Below, piece by piece: positions 33,889 through 45,200 of a stretch of 54,558 nt of DNA (its first letter is position 1; every line of letters begins with the position of its first letter). Source of the stretch: a virus (taxonomy: Duplodnaviria > Caudoviricetes). Position numbers and translations under genes: made by a program. Below the pieces are notes generated by a model that saw only the letters and a program-made list of their open reading frames with translations, had not been told where the DNA came from and searched no databases. The stretch spans positions 1-54,558 of the IMG/VR virus record IMGVR_UViG_3300027974_000045; one strand, 5' to 3'.

Positions 33889-34218
33889 ATGGCGTTGACG
33901 AAAAGCGAGCAGGAAGCCCTGAACCACGACCGATTGGAGGCGGCGGAGTTTCGCGAAGAAATCCGAGGCGCGGTGCATGAGCTGCAGAGCCAGCACAAGG
34001 CGATGCTCGACGCCATCGGCACGCCGTCCGCTGACGGCAAAGGCGGCACGGGCCTGCTGGGCGAGCTGCTGCGCCTGAAGGCCGACGTACGGGGCCTCCT
34101 CGACCTCAAGACCAAGGGCATGGGGTTTGTGGCGGCGATCGTCGTGTTCGGCACGATTATCATCACCGGCATCAAGGGCTGGCTGACAAACCTGCTGAGC
34201 GGGGCGCACACCGGATGA
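33889..34218 (+). CDS. Coiled-coil protein with C-terminal TM (possible holin/antiholin)
   Basis: GMGFVAAIVVFGTIIITGI. Confidence 0.55.
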   Translation: MALTKSEQEALNHDRLEAAEFREEIRGAVHELQSQHKAMLDAIGTPSADGKGGTGLLGELLRLKADVRGLLDLKTKGMGFVAAIVVFGTIIITGIKGWLTNLLSGAHTG

Positions 34219-34769
34219 CCATCGCAGCGCGCCTCGAGGGTGTAGACACCAAGACAACGATGGATGCGTTCGCGCCGGAGATCGACGCGATCATCACCGA
34301 CGTCGACATCGCCTACGCCTACGCTTTCGCGGAGACCGTCACGCCGACAGGCAGCGTCGTGCTCCAGCACCGCAACGCGGGCGGTACGCTGCTCGCAGAG
34401 ATCACGGCCACGAACATGGTAGTGACGGCAGGCAAGGTGCTGATCGCCGATCGCATGCTCGCGACCCCGTCGAAGGCGGCCGTCGGCTACCTCGCCGTCG
34501 GCAAGTCCGACACAGCGACAGCTGTGACCCAGACCGCCCTGTCCAACGAGACAGCCCGCACCGCCAACGCGTTCACAGCTGCGGCTGCCGCTGGCGTCCT
34601 GACCTACACCGCCACCCTGCCGGCCGGCGTCGGCACCGGCAAGATCAGGGAGGTGGGGCTGTTCAACGCTTCGTCAGGCGGCGACATGTTGTGCAGGACC
34701 ACGTTTGCGGTTATTCAGAAGGCCCAGACGGACACCCTGTCCATCACGTGGTCGATCACGGTGGCATAA
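34215..34769 (+). CDS. Tail-associated protein
   Basis: NMVVTAGK, IREVGLFNA, LSITWSIT. Confidence 0.7.
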   Translation: MTIAARLEGVDTKTTMDAFAPEIDAIITDVDIAYAYAFAETVTPTGSVVLQHRNAGGTLLAEITATNMVVTAGKVLIADRMLATPSKAAVGYLAVGKSDTATAVTQTALSNETARTANAFTAAAAAGVLTYTATLPAGVGTGKIREVGLFNASSGGDMLCRTTFAVIQKAQTDTLSITWSITVA

Positions 34770-35930
34770 ATGACAGCCCTGTTCGCGAACAACGCAACTA
34801 CCACCCTTTCGGCAGGCATCAGCGCGGTCGACACGTCCATATCTGTCGTAGCAGGTAGCGCGTTCCCTACCCCCAGCGCCGGCCAGTATTTCTACCTGAC
34901 GCTCGTCGACGCCTCGAACAACATCGAGATCGTCAAGTGTACGGCACGGGTCTCCAACGCACTTACAGTCGTCCGCGCGCAGGAGGGCACGACTGCGCGT
35001 AGTTACATCAGCGGTAGCCGAGCGGAGCTGCGCATCACCGCCGCCGGCATGGCCAACAAGCTGAGCACGGCAGGCGGGACCATCACCGGCAACGTGGGCA
35101 TCACCGGCACGTTCACGGTGGACGGCAACATGACGTTCGGCACCTCGGACGACACCATCACCCTCGGGTCGGTGGCCGTCACGATGCCCGCCGCAGGCGT
35201 GGACTTCAACGGCGGGGCGATCCGTTCCAACCGGACGATCAAAGGGGCCACCCCGGACGCCGGCGCGTCTGGTTACGCGTCGGTTAATCTGCCGCATGGT
35301 GCTGCGCCGACGACCAACCTCGCCAACGGCGACATGTGGACGACCACGGCCGGGCTGTATGTGCGCGTCAACGGCGTGACCTACGGCCCGCTGCTCGCTG
35401 CCGACAGCGCGCTGGTGAAGACCAACAACCTGTCGGACATTGCGGTGGCCGCCACGGCCCGCACCAACCTCGGCCTCGGCACCATGGCGACGCAGGCCGC
35501 GTCAGCTGTGGCCATCACCGGCGGCACCATCACCGGCCTGTCTGATCCGCTCCCGGTCGCGTCGGGGGGCACGGGCGGCGAGACGGCGGCTGAGGCGCGC
35601 ATCGCGTTGGGGATCGCGCAGACCCTCGGCAACAACCCCGGCAAGCTGCAAGTGGGCGGCGTGCTTATCCAGTGGGGTGCTGTGCTTTGCACGGTCGGCA
35701 ACACAGCGATATACCCGGCGGCCGTGGCCTTCGCCACTAGTTACGCCAATACCACAACCCGCGTGCTTCTAGGGATCGACACCGGCTACACCTCGACCGG
35801 AGGCGGCGGCAAAAACTGCGCCCCCTACTTCACGTCGGTCACGACAACCGGGATGAACGTGGGCGTCGACAGTAGCGGCAGCGACGGCGGCACAGTCTAT
35901 GTCCACTGGCTCACCATCGGAGACGCATAA
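34770..35930 (+). CDS. Tail fibre protein
   Basis: FANNATTTL, EIVKCTAR, VRAQEGT, NNLSD...ARTNLGLG, VLIQWG. Confidence 0.85.
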   Translation: MTALFANNATTTLSAGISAVDTSISVVAGSAFPTPSAGQYFYLTLVDASNNIEIVKCTARVSNALTVVRAQEGTTARSYISGSRAELRITAAGMANKLSTAGGTITGNVGITGTFTVDGNMTFGTSDDTITLGSVAVTMPAAGVDFNGGAIRSNRTIKGATPDAGASGYASVNLPHGAAPTTNLANGDMWTTTAGLYVRVNGVTYGPLLAADSALVKTNNLSDIAVAATARTNLGLGTMATQAASAVAITGGTITGLSDPLPVASGGTGGETAAEARIALGIAQTLGNNPGKLQVGGVLIQWGAVLCTVGNTAIYPAAVAFATSYANTTTRVLLGIDTGYTSTGGGGKNCAPYFTSVTTTGMNVGVDSSGSDGGTVYVHWLTIGDA

Positions 35931-36373
35931 TGATCAGCAGCCGCTCACTCGAAGTCCTGCACCCCACGGTCAAGCGCATGGCGCAGGACTTCCTGCAGCG
36001 CTGCGCGGCCGACGACATCGACCTGCTGGTCACCTGCACCTTCCGCGACGCGGAGGAGCAGAACCGCCTCTATGCCCGGGGCCGCACGGTCCTGTGGGAG
36101 AACGGTGCGAAAGTCCGCAAGGTCACCAACGCCAAGGCCGGCCAGTCGTTCCATAACTACCGCCTCGCGCTGGACGTTGTCCCGCTGCGCGGGGGTAAGC
36201 CTGTGTGGGGCACGGCCGGCGCTGACGGTCTTCTCTGGCAGCGCGTCGGCGCGCATGGTAAGGCTGCAGGGCTTGAGTGGGCCGGCGATTGGCTCCGGTT
36301 CAAGGAGATGGCGCATTTCCAGTTTACAGGAGGCCACCCGCTCTCCTACTTCCAAAACGGCGGGACGCTCTAG
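35930..36373 (+). CDS. Endolysin, peptidase M15 (L-Ala-D-Glu type)
   Basis: R..EEQ..LYARGRT, SFHNYRLALD, WAGDW, EMAHFQ. Confidence 0.9.
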   Translation: MISSRSLEVLHPTVKRMAQDFLQRCAADDIDLLVTCTFRDAEEQNRLYARGRTVLWENGAKVRKVTNAKAGQSFHNYRLALDVVPLRGGKPVWGTAGADGLLWQRVGAHGKAAGLEWAGDWLRFKEMAHFQFTGGHPLSYFQNGGTL

Positions 36374-36382
36374 GAGACCACC

Positions 36383-36553
36383 ATGTTTGCTGGCTACAAG
36401 ACCTACATCGTCGCCGCCGTGGCCGTGCTCAGCGCGGTCGCCACCTACTTTGTCGGCGACGCCTCACTGGCCGACACCGCCCAGCTGGTCCTGACCGCCG
36501 TGCTAGGGGCAACGCTCCGCGCCGGCATCAACCCCCCCAACAGCCCACGGTAA
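36383..36553 (+). CDS. Putative holin (56 aa, below the track cutoff)
   Basis: MFAGYKTYIVAAVAVLSAVATYFVGDASLADTAQLVLTAVLGATLRAGINPPNSPR; AGGAG RBS; two hydrophobic segments. Confidence 0.7.
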   Translation: MFAGYKTYIVAAVAVLSAVATYFVGDASLADTAQLVLTAVLGATLRAGINPPNSPR

Positions 36554-36562
36554 CCTGCGCAT

Positions 36563-38389
36563 ATGCCGTCCCTCAAGATCATGGGCTTCGACGGACTGGC
36601 TCCTCGCCAGTCCGCCACCATGCTTGGGGATACGCAGGCACAGACGGCCGATAATGTGAAGCTGTACTCCCGCGAGCTGCGCTACTGGCGCGGCCCCGCC
36701 GCCGACGAGTACAACGGTCACAACACGGCGACGCCGCCGTTGACTAACGTGGCGACGATCTACAAATACTACAGCAACGCCGCTGCCCTGTGGCTGACAT
36801 GGAGCAGCGTCGTTGATGTGGTGCAGTCTCCGTCCGCCGACCTGACGGACTATCGGCTCTATTACACCGGCGACGGGGGGCCGAAGAAGACGAACTACAG
36901 CTTGGTGTCGACTGGCTCGGGTGTCTATCCCCGGGCCAGCCGACCCATGGGTGTGCCAGCCCCAACCGTGGCCCCAACCGTGGCGCGCTCCGGAACAGGC
37001 ACGCTCGACCCCGAGAGCCGCGCGTACGTCTACACCTACGTGACGACCTTCGGCACTTTGCGGGAAGAGAGCGCGCCGTCGCCGGCCTCGTCCGTCGTGA
37101 CCATCTACACCGGCGATACCTGCAACGTGTCAGCGTTCACCGCCCCGCCGGCGGCCCCCCCTGACTACGGCATCAACGCTATCCGCATCTATCGGACGGT
37201 CACCGGGGCGACGACGGACAGCTACCAGTTTGTCGCCGAGATCACGACAGCCTCGCTGCCCGTCACCTACAACGACACCAAGACCGCCGCCCAGCTCGGC
37301 GAAGTCCTGCCCACCCTCGGCTGGCTGCCGCCGCCCACCGACCTCGAGGGCCTGCAGGCCCTGCCCGGCGGCACACTGGTCGGCTTCACCGGCAACACCA
37401 TCTGCTTCTCCGAGCCCTACTACCCGCACGCGTGGCCCATCAGGTACGTCCTGACCACGCCCTCCCCGATCGTCGGCCTCGGCGTCTACGGCTCGATGGT
37501 CGTGGTCCTGACCGACCGCTACCCCTACGTCATCAGCGGCGGCGTCCCCGGCTTCATGTCCATGGAGCGGGTGCCGATCCTCGAGCCCTGCGTCTCGGCC
37601 CGGTCGATCGTCAGCGACGAGTTCGGCGTGGTCTACGCCAGCCCCAACGGTCTCGTGGGTATCGGGGCCGGGATGCGCGGCGTCATCACGACCGGCCTGT
37701 ACCGCCGCGACGAGTGGCAGGACGTCAACCCGGACGACCTGATCAGCGTCATCTACGACGGCCGCTACATCGGCACCTACAACACGACAGACGAGGACCA
37801 GCGCGCCCTTGTGATCAGCCGGCAGGACATCCCCGCCCTGTCGCACGCGTCGCTGCAGGCGAGCGCTGTCCACGTCGACAGCCGTGACGCCAAGCTCTAC
37901 TACGTCTCGCCGCTGGACAACAAAATCTACGAGGCCGACGCCGACGAGCTGAACCCCCTGACGTACGAGTGGAAGTCCAAGCGCTTTGTCCTGCCGCAGG
38001 GCACGACTTTCTCGGCCCTGAAGCTCGACGCCAACTTCGACCAGCAAAACAACGCCGCCGACTACGCCGCCGCGGTCGCCGCGGTTTCCGCGTCCAACGC
38101 CGTGATCTTCGCAGGCGGGGCCCTCGACGGCGTTCTCAACACTACGGCGCTCAACACCTACGACGTCAACGGCAGCCGCATGACCAACCTCCCGGCGCAG
38201 GCATCCCTGCGTACGGCGCAAGTCCTGCTCTACGGTGACGGGGAGCTGGCGGCCACGCTGTCGATCACGTCGTTTGACCCGGTGCGCATCCCGTCGTTCC
38301 GCTGCCGGACACTGGAGGTGGCGATCGCCGGCACCATGGACGTCAGGTCCGTGCAGCTGGCCACGACGGTGGTGGAGCTGCACCAGTGA
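36563..38389 (+). CDS. Tail nozzle / stabilisation protein (tubular B-like)
   Basis: 608 aa beta-rich; YVYTYVT..EESAPS, FSEPYYPHAWP, YASPNGLV, WKSKRF. Confidence 0.8.
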   Translation: MPSLKIMGFDGLAPRQSATMLGDTQAQTADNVKLYSRELRYWRGPAADEYNGHNTATPPLTNVATIYKYYSNAAALWLTWSSVVDVVQSPSADLTDYRLYYTGDGGPKKTNYSLVSTGSGVYPRASRPMGVPAPTVAPTVARSGTGTLDPESRAYVYTYVTTFGTLREESAPSPASSVVTIYTGDTCNVSAFTAPPAAPPDYGINAIRIYRTVTGATTDSYQFVAEITTASLPVTYNDTKTAAQLGEVLPTLGWLPPPTDLEGLQALPGGTLVGFTGNTICFSEPYYPHAWPIRYVLTTPSPIVGLGVYGSMVVVLTDRYPYVISGGVPGFMSMERVPILEPCVSARSIVSDEFGVVYASPNGLVGIGAGMRGVITTGLYRRDEWQDVNPDDLISVIYDGRYIGTYNTTDEDQRALVISRQDIPALSHASLQASAVHVDSRDAKLYYVSPLDNKIYEADADELNPLTYEWKSKRFVLPQGTTFSALKLDANFDQQNNAADYAAAVAAVSASNAVIFAGGALDGVLNTTALNTYDVNGSRMTNLPAQASLRTAQVLLYGDGELAATLSITSFDPVRIPSFRCRTLEVAIAGTMDVRSVQLATTVVELHQ

Positions 38390-38580
38390 AAAAGCCCGGC
38401 ATCCCGCCGACCCCGCTGGTGATGGGCGAGATGGCCCAATTCCTCGACGCTCTCAAGACGCACCTCGAGATGCTGGGCGGCGTGCGCGGCGGCGTGATCG
38501 AGCCACTGGCGACCGACGCGACGCTTGCTGACGTGATCGCCAAGGTCAACCAGCTCGTCGACAGGGTCAACGCCCGGTGA
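38386..38580 (+). CDS. Small virion-region protein
   Basis: Coupled at both ends; ATLADVIAKVN. Confidence 0.65.
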   Translation: MKKPGIPPTPLVMGEMAQFLDALKTHLEMLGGVRGGVIEPLATDATLADVIAKVNQLVDRVNAR

Positions 38581-39023
38581 CGCTGGAGGTCTCGTCCGAC
38601 GAGCCGGCCGCGTGGGATTTCATCACCAGCTTCTACTCGCTCTACCGCGCCGACAGGCAGAAGGGCATCGTCCTGCGCAAGGACGGCGAGGTCATCGCGG
38701 CCACCCTGTACGTCGAGAACAACGGCTCGAACATGTTCATGCACTGCGCCGCCAAGCCCGGCAGGCGCTGGCTGAACAGGGATTTCCTGTACTGGGTGTT
38801 CCACTACCCGTTCGAGCAGTGCGGGGTGCGGCGCGTAACGTGCTGGGTTGAAGCATCAAATGTAGACTGCCACCGATTTATCAAGCATATAGGGTTCACC
38901 CACGAGGCTACGCTGGCGCAAGCCGCAGCCGACGGCGGCGATGTTTTCATCTATGTGATGCACAAGGAACATTGTCAGCATGTATCGCAGGTACGTTTGT
39001 GGCGGCGGCAAAGGCACGGATAA
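38577..39023 (+). CDS. GNAT-like protein (T7 gp13-like position)
   Basis: FHYPFEQCGVRRVT...N...HIGFTHEA. Confidence 0.75.
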   Translation: MTLEVSSDEPAAWDFITSFYSLYRADRQKGIVLRKDGEVIAATLYVENNGSNMFMHCAAKPGRRWLNRDFLYWVFHYPFEQCGVRRVTCWVEASNVDCHRFIKHIGFTHEATLAQAAADGGDVFIYVMHKEHCQHVSQVRLWRRQRHG

Positions 39024-40020
39024 CCCGTACGACCCCCAGATCGGCGCAGCCGCTGCCAAGAGCGCGGAGACGGCCGACAGGGCTATCGCCTTCGCCGAAA
39101 AATACCAGATGGAGGTCGTGGCTCCGCTGCTGAGGCAGAGCGCTGAGGCGTCTGCCAAGACGCAAGGCCAGCTCGGCGAGCTTTACGCCACGAACAAGGC
39201 GGGCATGGACCTCTCCATGGAGCGCTACAAGGAGTTCGGTATCCCCGCCGAGCAGCGCTATTACGACATGGTGTCGAAGTACTCCGAGCCCGCCGAGATG
39301 GAGCGTCAGGCCATGGCCGCCAAGGGCGACCTCGGCGTGGCGCAGGCCAACCAGTTTGAGGCGCTGCGTCGTCGGCAAGCGGCTGTCGGCATCGACCCCA
39401 CATCCCCGGCAGCCATTAGCGCGATGACCGACGCGTCGGTCATGGGTGCAGCGCAGGAAGCGTCGGCCATGAACCGGGCCCGTGGCGCAGCGCGCCAGCT
39501 GGGCATGCAGCTCACCGCCGACGGCGCAAACTTCGGGCGCGGCGGCCAGTCAGGTGTTCTCCAGTTCGGCGCAGGCGCGCAGGGCAACGCGATGGGTGGC
39601 GCAGGCGTCGCGAACAGCGCGCTCGGCGCAGCGGCTGGCGCGAGCAGCGGCATGATGCAGGGCTTCAACACAGGTCTGCAGGGCTACGGCCAGAACCTCA
39701 ACGCCTACACCAGCCTCGGCAACACCGCCATGAACGCGCAGGCGCAGCAGCAGGCGGCGCTCTACAGCGGCCTCGGCTCCATGGCGGGCTCGGCGGCAGG
39801 CGTCTATGCCGCTGGCGGCTTCTCGGACGTCCACTTGAAGGAAAACATCGAGCTGATCGGCCACACCCCCGAGGGGCTCGGCATTTATCGGTTCACCTAC
39901 GTCGGCGACCCGACCGTCTACGAGGGTGTCATGGCTCAGGAGGTCATGACCGTCCGGCCGGAAGCGGTCGGCTTTACCAACGACGGCTACATGTACGTCG
40001 ACTACGCACAGCTGGGGTAA
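38980..40020 (+). CDS. Ejection protein with C-terminal peptidase-S74-like domain
   Basis: Gly/Ala/Gln-rich body, then FSDVHLKENI...IYRFTY...GVMAQEV...VDY. Confidence 0.7.
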   Translation: MYRRYVCGGGKGTDNPYDPQIGAAAAKSAETADRAIAFAEKYQMEVVAPLLRQSAEASAKTQGQLGELYATNKAGMDLSMERYKEFGIPAEQRYYDMVSKYSEPAEMERQAMAAKGDLGVAQANQFEALRRRQAAVGIDPTSPAAISAMTDASVMGAAQEASAMNRARGAARQLGMQLTADGANFGRGGQSGVLQFGAGAQGNAMGGAGVANSALGAAAGASSGMMQGFNTGLQGYGQNLNAYTSLGNTAMNAQAQQQAALYSGLGSMAGSAAGVYAAGGFSDVHLKENIELIGHTPEGLGIYRFTYVGDPTVYEGVMAQEVMTVRPEAVGFTNDGYMYVDYAQLG

Positions 40021-40023
40021 ACC

Positions 40024-42258
40024 ATGGCCGGCCTTCCATCCTTCGGCGACAGCTTCTCGTCCGCCTTCAGTTCGACCTACGGCATGCTCAAGCAGAAGCA
40101 GAGCCAAGAGAAGGCGGATGAGCGCGCGGCAGCCGCCGAGGCGCGTGCGCAGGAGGATGCGGACTACCAGAAGGCCCAGCGCGACCGGCTCGACCGGCAG
40201 CGCGAAGCCGTGAACGCATCTGTCTTCAAGGTCAAGGACCCGGTGCTCGCGCCCGAAAACAACGCCAACCCCGTCAGGGCAGGTATCGACACCGCCCCCA
40301 CCATCACTGCGGACCTACCGTGGAAGACGGGCGAAACCGTGCAGGCTGCGGGGCTCCCGTTCGACCCCAACAACCCCGGCATCAAGCCGCAGCTGGAGGG
40401 GGCCACGTACACTCCAAAGGGTCTGCCCTTCCGTCCGCCTGAGCAGGAGCTGCTGGTGCCGAAGGCCCCGGCGCAACCCCCGCGCCCTGTGGCGGAGAAC
40501 GTCGTCCCGACCATGGTCGACGGCACGATCCGCTACATGCCGAAGGACGCGGTCGAAGAGCTGCAGGGCTCCGCGCGCACCCGCGCCATGGCGTCGGCCA
40601 TGAGTGAGTTCGACACAGCGATGAGCGTCAGCTTGAACGCCACGGCAGACGCTCAGGAAGACCGCGAGGTGGTCAAGAAGTCACGCGAGTTCGGTCAGAA
40701 GGTGGTTGACGCGTGGGGGATTTTCCAGACCGACCCCGTCAAAGGGCTGCAGTCACTTACGAACACGGCTTACAAAAGTCTGCCCGACGGGCAGGAGGCG
40801 TCGTTCGAGTACGACGCCAAGACCGGCAACGCTATGATGACGTTCAAGGCGCGCACCGACAAAGGGCTGATAACTGTCGGCGAGCCTCAAACGCTGCCCG
40901 CCACGGAGTGGTTCAAGCGGGGGATGGCACTGGCGGACCCGGCGGCATTTGCGACGTACCTCACGCAGTCCAGCGAGGATGCGTTTCGCGCGCTCACCCT
41001 GAAATATGCCGGCAACAACGACGCCCGCGCCGCTGCCGCAGAAGCCCGAGCCGCCGCCCTGCACCCCGCGCAGCTCCGCGCAGCTACTGCGGGCGCTACC
41101 GCCGCAGAGCAGGAGACCGACATCAATGGGTTGAAGATCGCCGGAGCTGTCGCAGGTACAGCGCGCGACCCCGCCGTTGGCTCCTACATCGCGGAGGCCG
41201 CTACAAAGGCCATCCCGGGACTGGTCGTGACGAGCGACTTCAGGGACGAGGCCGCAAACAAGAAGGCCGGCGGCGTCAGCGACAGCTACCACAAGTACGG
41301 CGCAGCCCGCGACTTCCGCATCCCGCAGGGTATGACGTCCGCGCAGGTGGCGGCCAAGCTCAAGGGTACGTTCGGCGCAGGCTACGATGTCGTGGACGAG
41401 GGAGACCATGTCCACGTCGAGCCCTCGCCTGCGTGGTCTCCCAAGATTGCAGGGTTCACCGGCACGACGCCGGCTGTTGACCAAAAGACGCGGGACCGCG
41501 TCGACACGTCTGTTAACCAGATCGTTGTGGACGCGGCAAAGCGCAACGAGGACCCTCTGCCGGCTCTGCGGATTTACTATAAAAACTCGTCGGGTCAGGC
41601 GAGGGCGTACCTCGACAGTCAGTTGGTACGGCCGCGTCCCGACGAGGGGGCCGCCGCCTCGACAGGCTCCACAGAAGAAAAACGGCCAGCCGCTGGCGAT
41701 CGGCGTCCTGATCCGAAAGAGAGGGTTGTGGACGGTGTCACGGTTGTCGACACTAGCGCAGGCGGCGCGCTCAGTCGGTCCCTTAACCAAGCCGGCAAGG
41801 GGATGTCGCAGGTAAACGCCGAGATGCAGCGTAAACCTGTCGAGCAGTTCAACGCGCTTGTTGCAAGCGGGAGGGTCACGACGTCGGACATTGCGCGTGT
41901 TCGCAGATACCCGGCCGGAGAAATCTTTCTGTCCCCCGCAGCGCGCAAGGTTCTCGGCCTCCCCGCGGCAACGCCGGTGGCCGCCCCCAAGGCACAGCCG
42001 CCCGTGCGTGTCGGTCTCCCAGACGTGGGAAAGATGATGCGCGACGCTGGCGAAAAAGCGGGGAAAGCGGAGGCCGACAAGCGCGTACGCGAAGCCCGGC
42101 CCCAAGTCGACGCGCTCAACAAGGCGGTGGCCAACGGCACAGCCACCCGCGAGCAGGCACTGGACGTGGCGCAGCGCTTCAGCCGCTACCCGGCGGTCAA
42201 GAGCATCGTGTCGCCTGCGGCGCTGCGTTATATCTCCTCTGTGTGGGATAAGAAGTAA
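40024..42258 (+). CDS. Ejection protein with internal peptidase M15A-like domain
   Basis: VTSDFR...N..AGGVSDSYHKYGAARD...DHVHVE. Confidence 0.75.
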   Translation: MAGLPSFGDSFSSAFSSTYGMLKQKQSQEKADERAAAAEARAQEDADYQKAQRDRLDRQREAVNASVFKVKDPVLAPENNANPVRAGIDTAPTITADLPWKTGETVQAAGLPFDPNNPGIKPQLEGATYTPKGLPFRPPEQELLVPKAPAQPPRPVAENVVPTMVDGTIRYMPKDAVEELQGSARTRAMASAMSEFDTAMSVSLNATADAQEDREVVKKSREFGQKVVDAWGIFQTDPVKGLQSLTNTAYKSLPDGQEASFEYDAKTGNAMMTFKARTDKGLITVGEPQTLPATEWFKRGMALADPAAFATYLTQSSEDAFRALTLKYAGNNDARAAAAEARAAALHPAQLRAATAGATAAEQETDINGLKIAGAVAGTARDPAVGSYIAEAATKAIPGLVVTSDFRDEAANKKAGGVSDSYHKYGAARDFRIPQGMTSAQVAAKLKGTFGAGYDVVDEGDHVHVEPSPAWSPKIAGFTGTTPAVDQKTRDRVDTSVNQIVVDAAKRNEDPLPALRIYYKNSSGQARAYLDSQLVRPRPDEGAAASTGSTEEKRPAAGDRRPDPKERVVDGVTVVDTSAGGALSRSLNQAGKGMSQVNAEMQRKPVEQFNALVASGRVTTSDIARVRRYPAGEIFLSPAARKVLGLPAATPVAAPKAQPPVRVGLPDVGKMMRDAGEKAGKAEADKRVREARPQVDALNKAVANGTATREQALDVAQRFSRYPAVKSIVSPAALRYISSVWDKK

Positions 42259-45200
42259 TGCCCGGAGAACTCGTCCCGCTACCCGGCGGCGGTTTCGGCG
42301 TCACGCGTGGCGACGAGACGCCTGACGACGTACTTCGCGCCTACGGCTACACGCCCGCCCCGCCCGTCGGAGGCAAGCGCAAGCCCTTCGCGGCAGGCTT
42401 CGACGCAGCGGCCACAGGGCTGACGGCCGGCCTACCATACGCCGTGCGCCAAGTCACCGGCGGCACCACGGCGCGTGAGGAGTACGACTACAAGCAGAAG
42501 CTCCGCGAGAGCGCCGCCCGCCAGCAGGAACTCCTGCCCGGCGGCCCGGCGTGGTTCGACAACGCTCCGCTCGGTCAAGTCATCTACGAGAACCTCGCCT
42601 ACCCGGCCCCCCAGATGGTCGCGCAGGTTGCTGGCGGTCTGGTCGGCGGTGCGGTGGGCTCCCTCGCGGGCCCCGGCCCCGGCACGGCCATCGGCGCGGG
42701 TCTTGGCGCTGGTGCTGTCGGCTCGCCCTTCTACGTGGGGTCCAACGTCGCGCGTGCGACCGAGGACGGCCAGAAGAACCTGACGGCTCAGGCGGCTGGC
42801 CGCTCCATCGGCATCGCCGGCGTCCAGTCGCTTCTCGACGTTCCGGTGGCCGCGTTTGCTCCGGGTGTCGGCAAGCTCATCCCCGGCGCAGGCGGGTTTG
42901 CTGGCAACGTCTTGACCCGCGCCGCCAAGGGTGCGGCCCTCGCCGCTCCGCTGGAGGCCGGCACTGAAGTCCTGCAGCAGGCCGGCGAGCGCTACGCCGC
43001 CGGGCTCGACCTCGTGTCGCCGGATGCGGGTAACGAGTATTTCCGAGCGGGGACACTCGGCGGCCTGCTCGGCGGCATTACTGGCGGCGTCGGCGGCCCG
43101 TTCAACGTCAAGCGTACGCCTGCGGCGGTCCCGACACCCACGGCCAACGCCATGCAGGCCGGCGCACCTGTCGACATCTTGCAGATCGGCGGCCCGACCT
43201 ACGACGCCCGGGGCCTCGAGGATTACGGCATCGCGCAACAGCGCGCGAACTACATGGCCGCCGCCCCCGTCGGCGCGCAGTCCGACCTGTTCCAGTTCCC
43301 GCTCGTCGAGCCCGAGCCTGTCGTTCAGCAGGAGGACATGGCGGCAGCGCCGCCGCGCGACAACCGCACCGAGGACCTGTTCGAGTACGCTCCCACGGCT
43401 GAGGTGCGGTCGCAGTTCTCCCCGAACAGCGTCGTGGCCGCGGTGCGGGAAGCCGTTGCCCCGAGGGACGAGGCCGGTAACCGGATCAAGAACAAGAAAG
43501 GCGAACTGGTCGAAGGCAAACTGGATAACTGGTCCCTGCAGTTGGTCAACAAGGTCAACAACCTGATCTTCACCGGCAACGACGAAGAGCTGGCCGCCTA
43601 CGTCGACGCCGCGCAGGAGACACTCCAGACCGCCAAGTTGTCGGGGAAGACGATCGCCTACCGCGAGGCGGCCCTCGGCGCAGCGGCCGGCATCGCCAAG
43701 GCCCACGGCGACCTGATGGGCACGGCTCGTGGTATCGAGGGACTGCGCACGCCGCCTGTCGCCAAGGAAGCGCCGGCCATCGCTGAGCCCCCGGCACCCA
43801 TCCCGACGCCGGACGCCCTGCAGCCCGAGGCGCAGTTTGCTCAGGCGGCGCAGACCGTGGCGGATACTGAGCGTAGGGACGCTCAGCTTTCGGAGGACGC
43901 CAAGAGGCAGGACCTTCTCGATTACGTGCTCAATGCACCGGACACCGTCGATCCCGTTCGCCGGTTCGTCGCGCTGCTGAAGCGAAACGGCCTCGAGCCG
44001 ACGCTCCGTGGTTACGAGACCAAGAAAATCGACAGTGCCGTGACGTTCGCAGCGATGCCGGAGCCTGAGCCGGAGTTTGCTGACTTCGACCCCGGCCCGC
44101 AGGAAGATGGCGTCGGCTCGCTGGAAGCCATGATCCCCGAGCGTGGGACCGTGCGCAGCCAGCCTCAGCCCCGGCCTGCCCCGCTGCCCAAGCCCGAGGC
44201 CCCGCCTCTGGTCATGCGTACCTACAGTGACGAGGACATCGCCAACATCGAGGCGGCTGCCGTGCGTCGTGCGGCCAAGGCTGCGAAGCTGGCGACCGCT
44301 GCGGCGGATGCCATGCCCACCGGGCCCAAGCAAACGGAGATGTTCACCCCCAAGGGGAAGGTCACCGCGACCGTCGAGAAGGCCATGAAGCGGGCGGCCG
44401 ACGCCGCCGAGGAGCGGCGTGCTGCTGCCAAGGCCCGCCGCGATGCGACCAACGCGAAGACCAAGGCCACCCGGGAAGCCAACAGGGCGGCCCAGCAGGC
44501 GGCGAGAGAAGCCGAGCAGCGGGCTGCCGAGGAAGCTGCAGCCAAGGCGGCAGCCCAGCCCAAACCCAAACCCAAACCCGCCCCGGCAAAAACGGACGCA
44601 CCGACGCAGCCGCGTGCAAAACTGACGTTGCCTCCCAAGGCCGCAGCGGCGGCCGACACGTCGAAGGCGAAAGAGAAGCCCGAGGCTACGGCGACGGCGG
44701 AGCCTGCCGAGAAGGTCGCCGAGTTCAAGACCGCCAAGGGTTCGACCTACAAGGTCAACGCTGACGGCACGACCACGCGCGACAAGGCTGCACGGCCGGA
44801 GCATCCCGGCAAGGCGGAGCGCGGCCCCCAACCTACGTCCGAGGACACTTTCTACGCCACGAAAGAGCAGGCCGACGCGCTGGCGATCATGCAGGCGAAG
44901 GGCGGCCCGCGCACCCGGGTGATCCGCGATCGCAACAGCTACGCGGTCGAATACGTCGAGGGCCCTGACGCCGGCAAACTCGTGAAGGGCTCAGTCATCA
45001 CGCCCTCGCGCACGCCTGCTGTGGGACTGCTGCCCGTTGAACTGTGGGACGGCGGCAAGCGCATCCACTTCGGCAACGAGATCGTCTCGACGTCGGCAGC
45101 CGAACCGAAAGCCCCGCCCGCCGCAGAGGCGGCCAAGAAAACGTCGCAAGCCCGGTCGGCCCCGGCCGCTGAGACCCAGACCACGACTGCCGAGAAGCCC

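Noticed and set aside
34770-35930. Diversity-generating retroelement target
   Set aside because: No reverse transcriptase and no TR/VR repeat pair seen.
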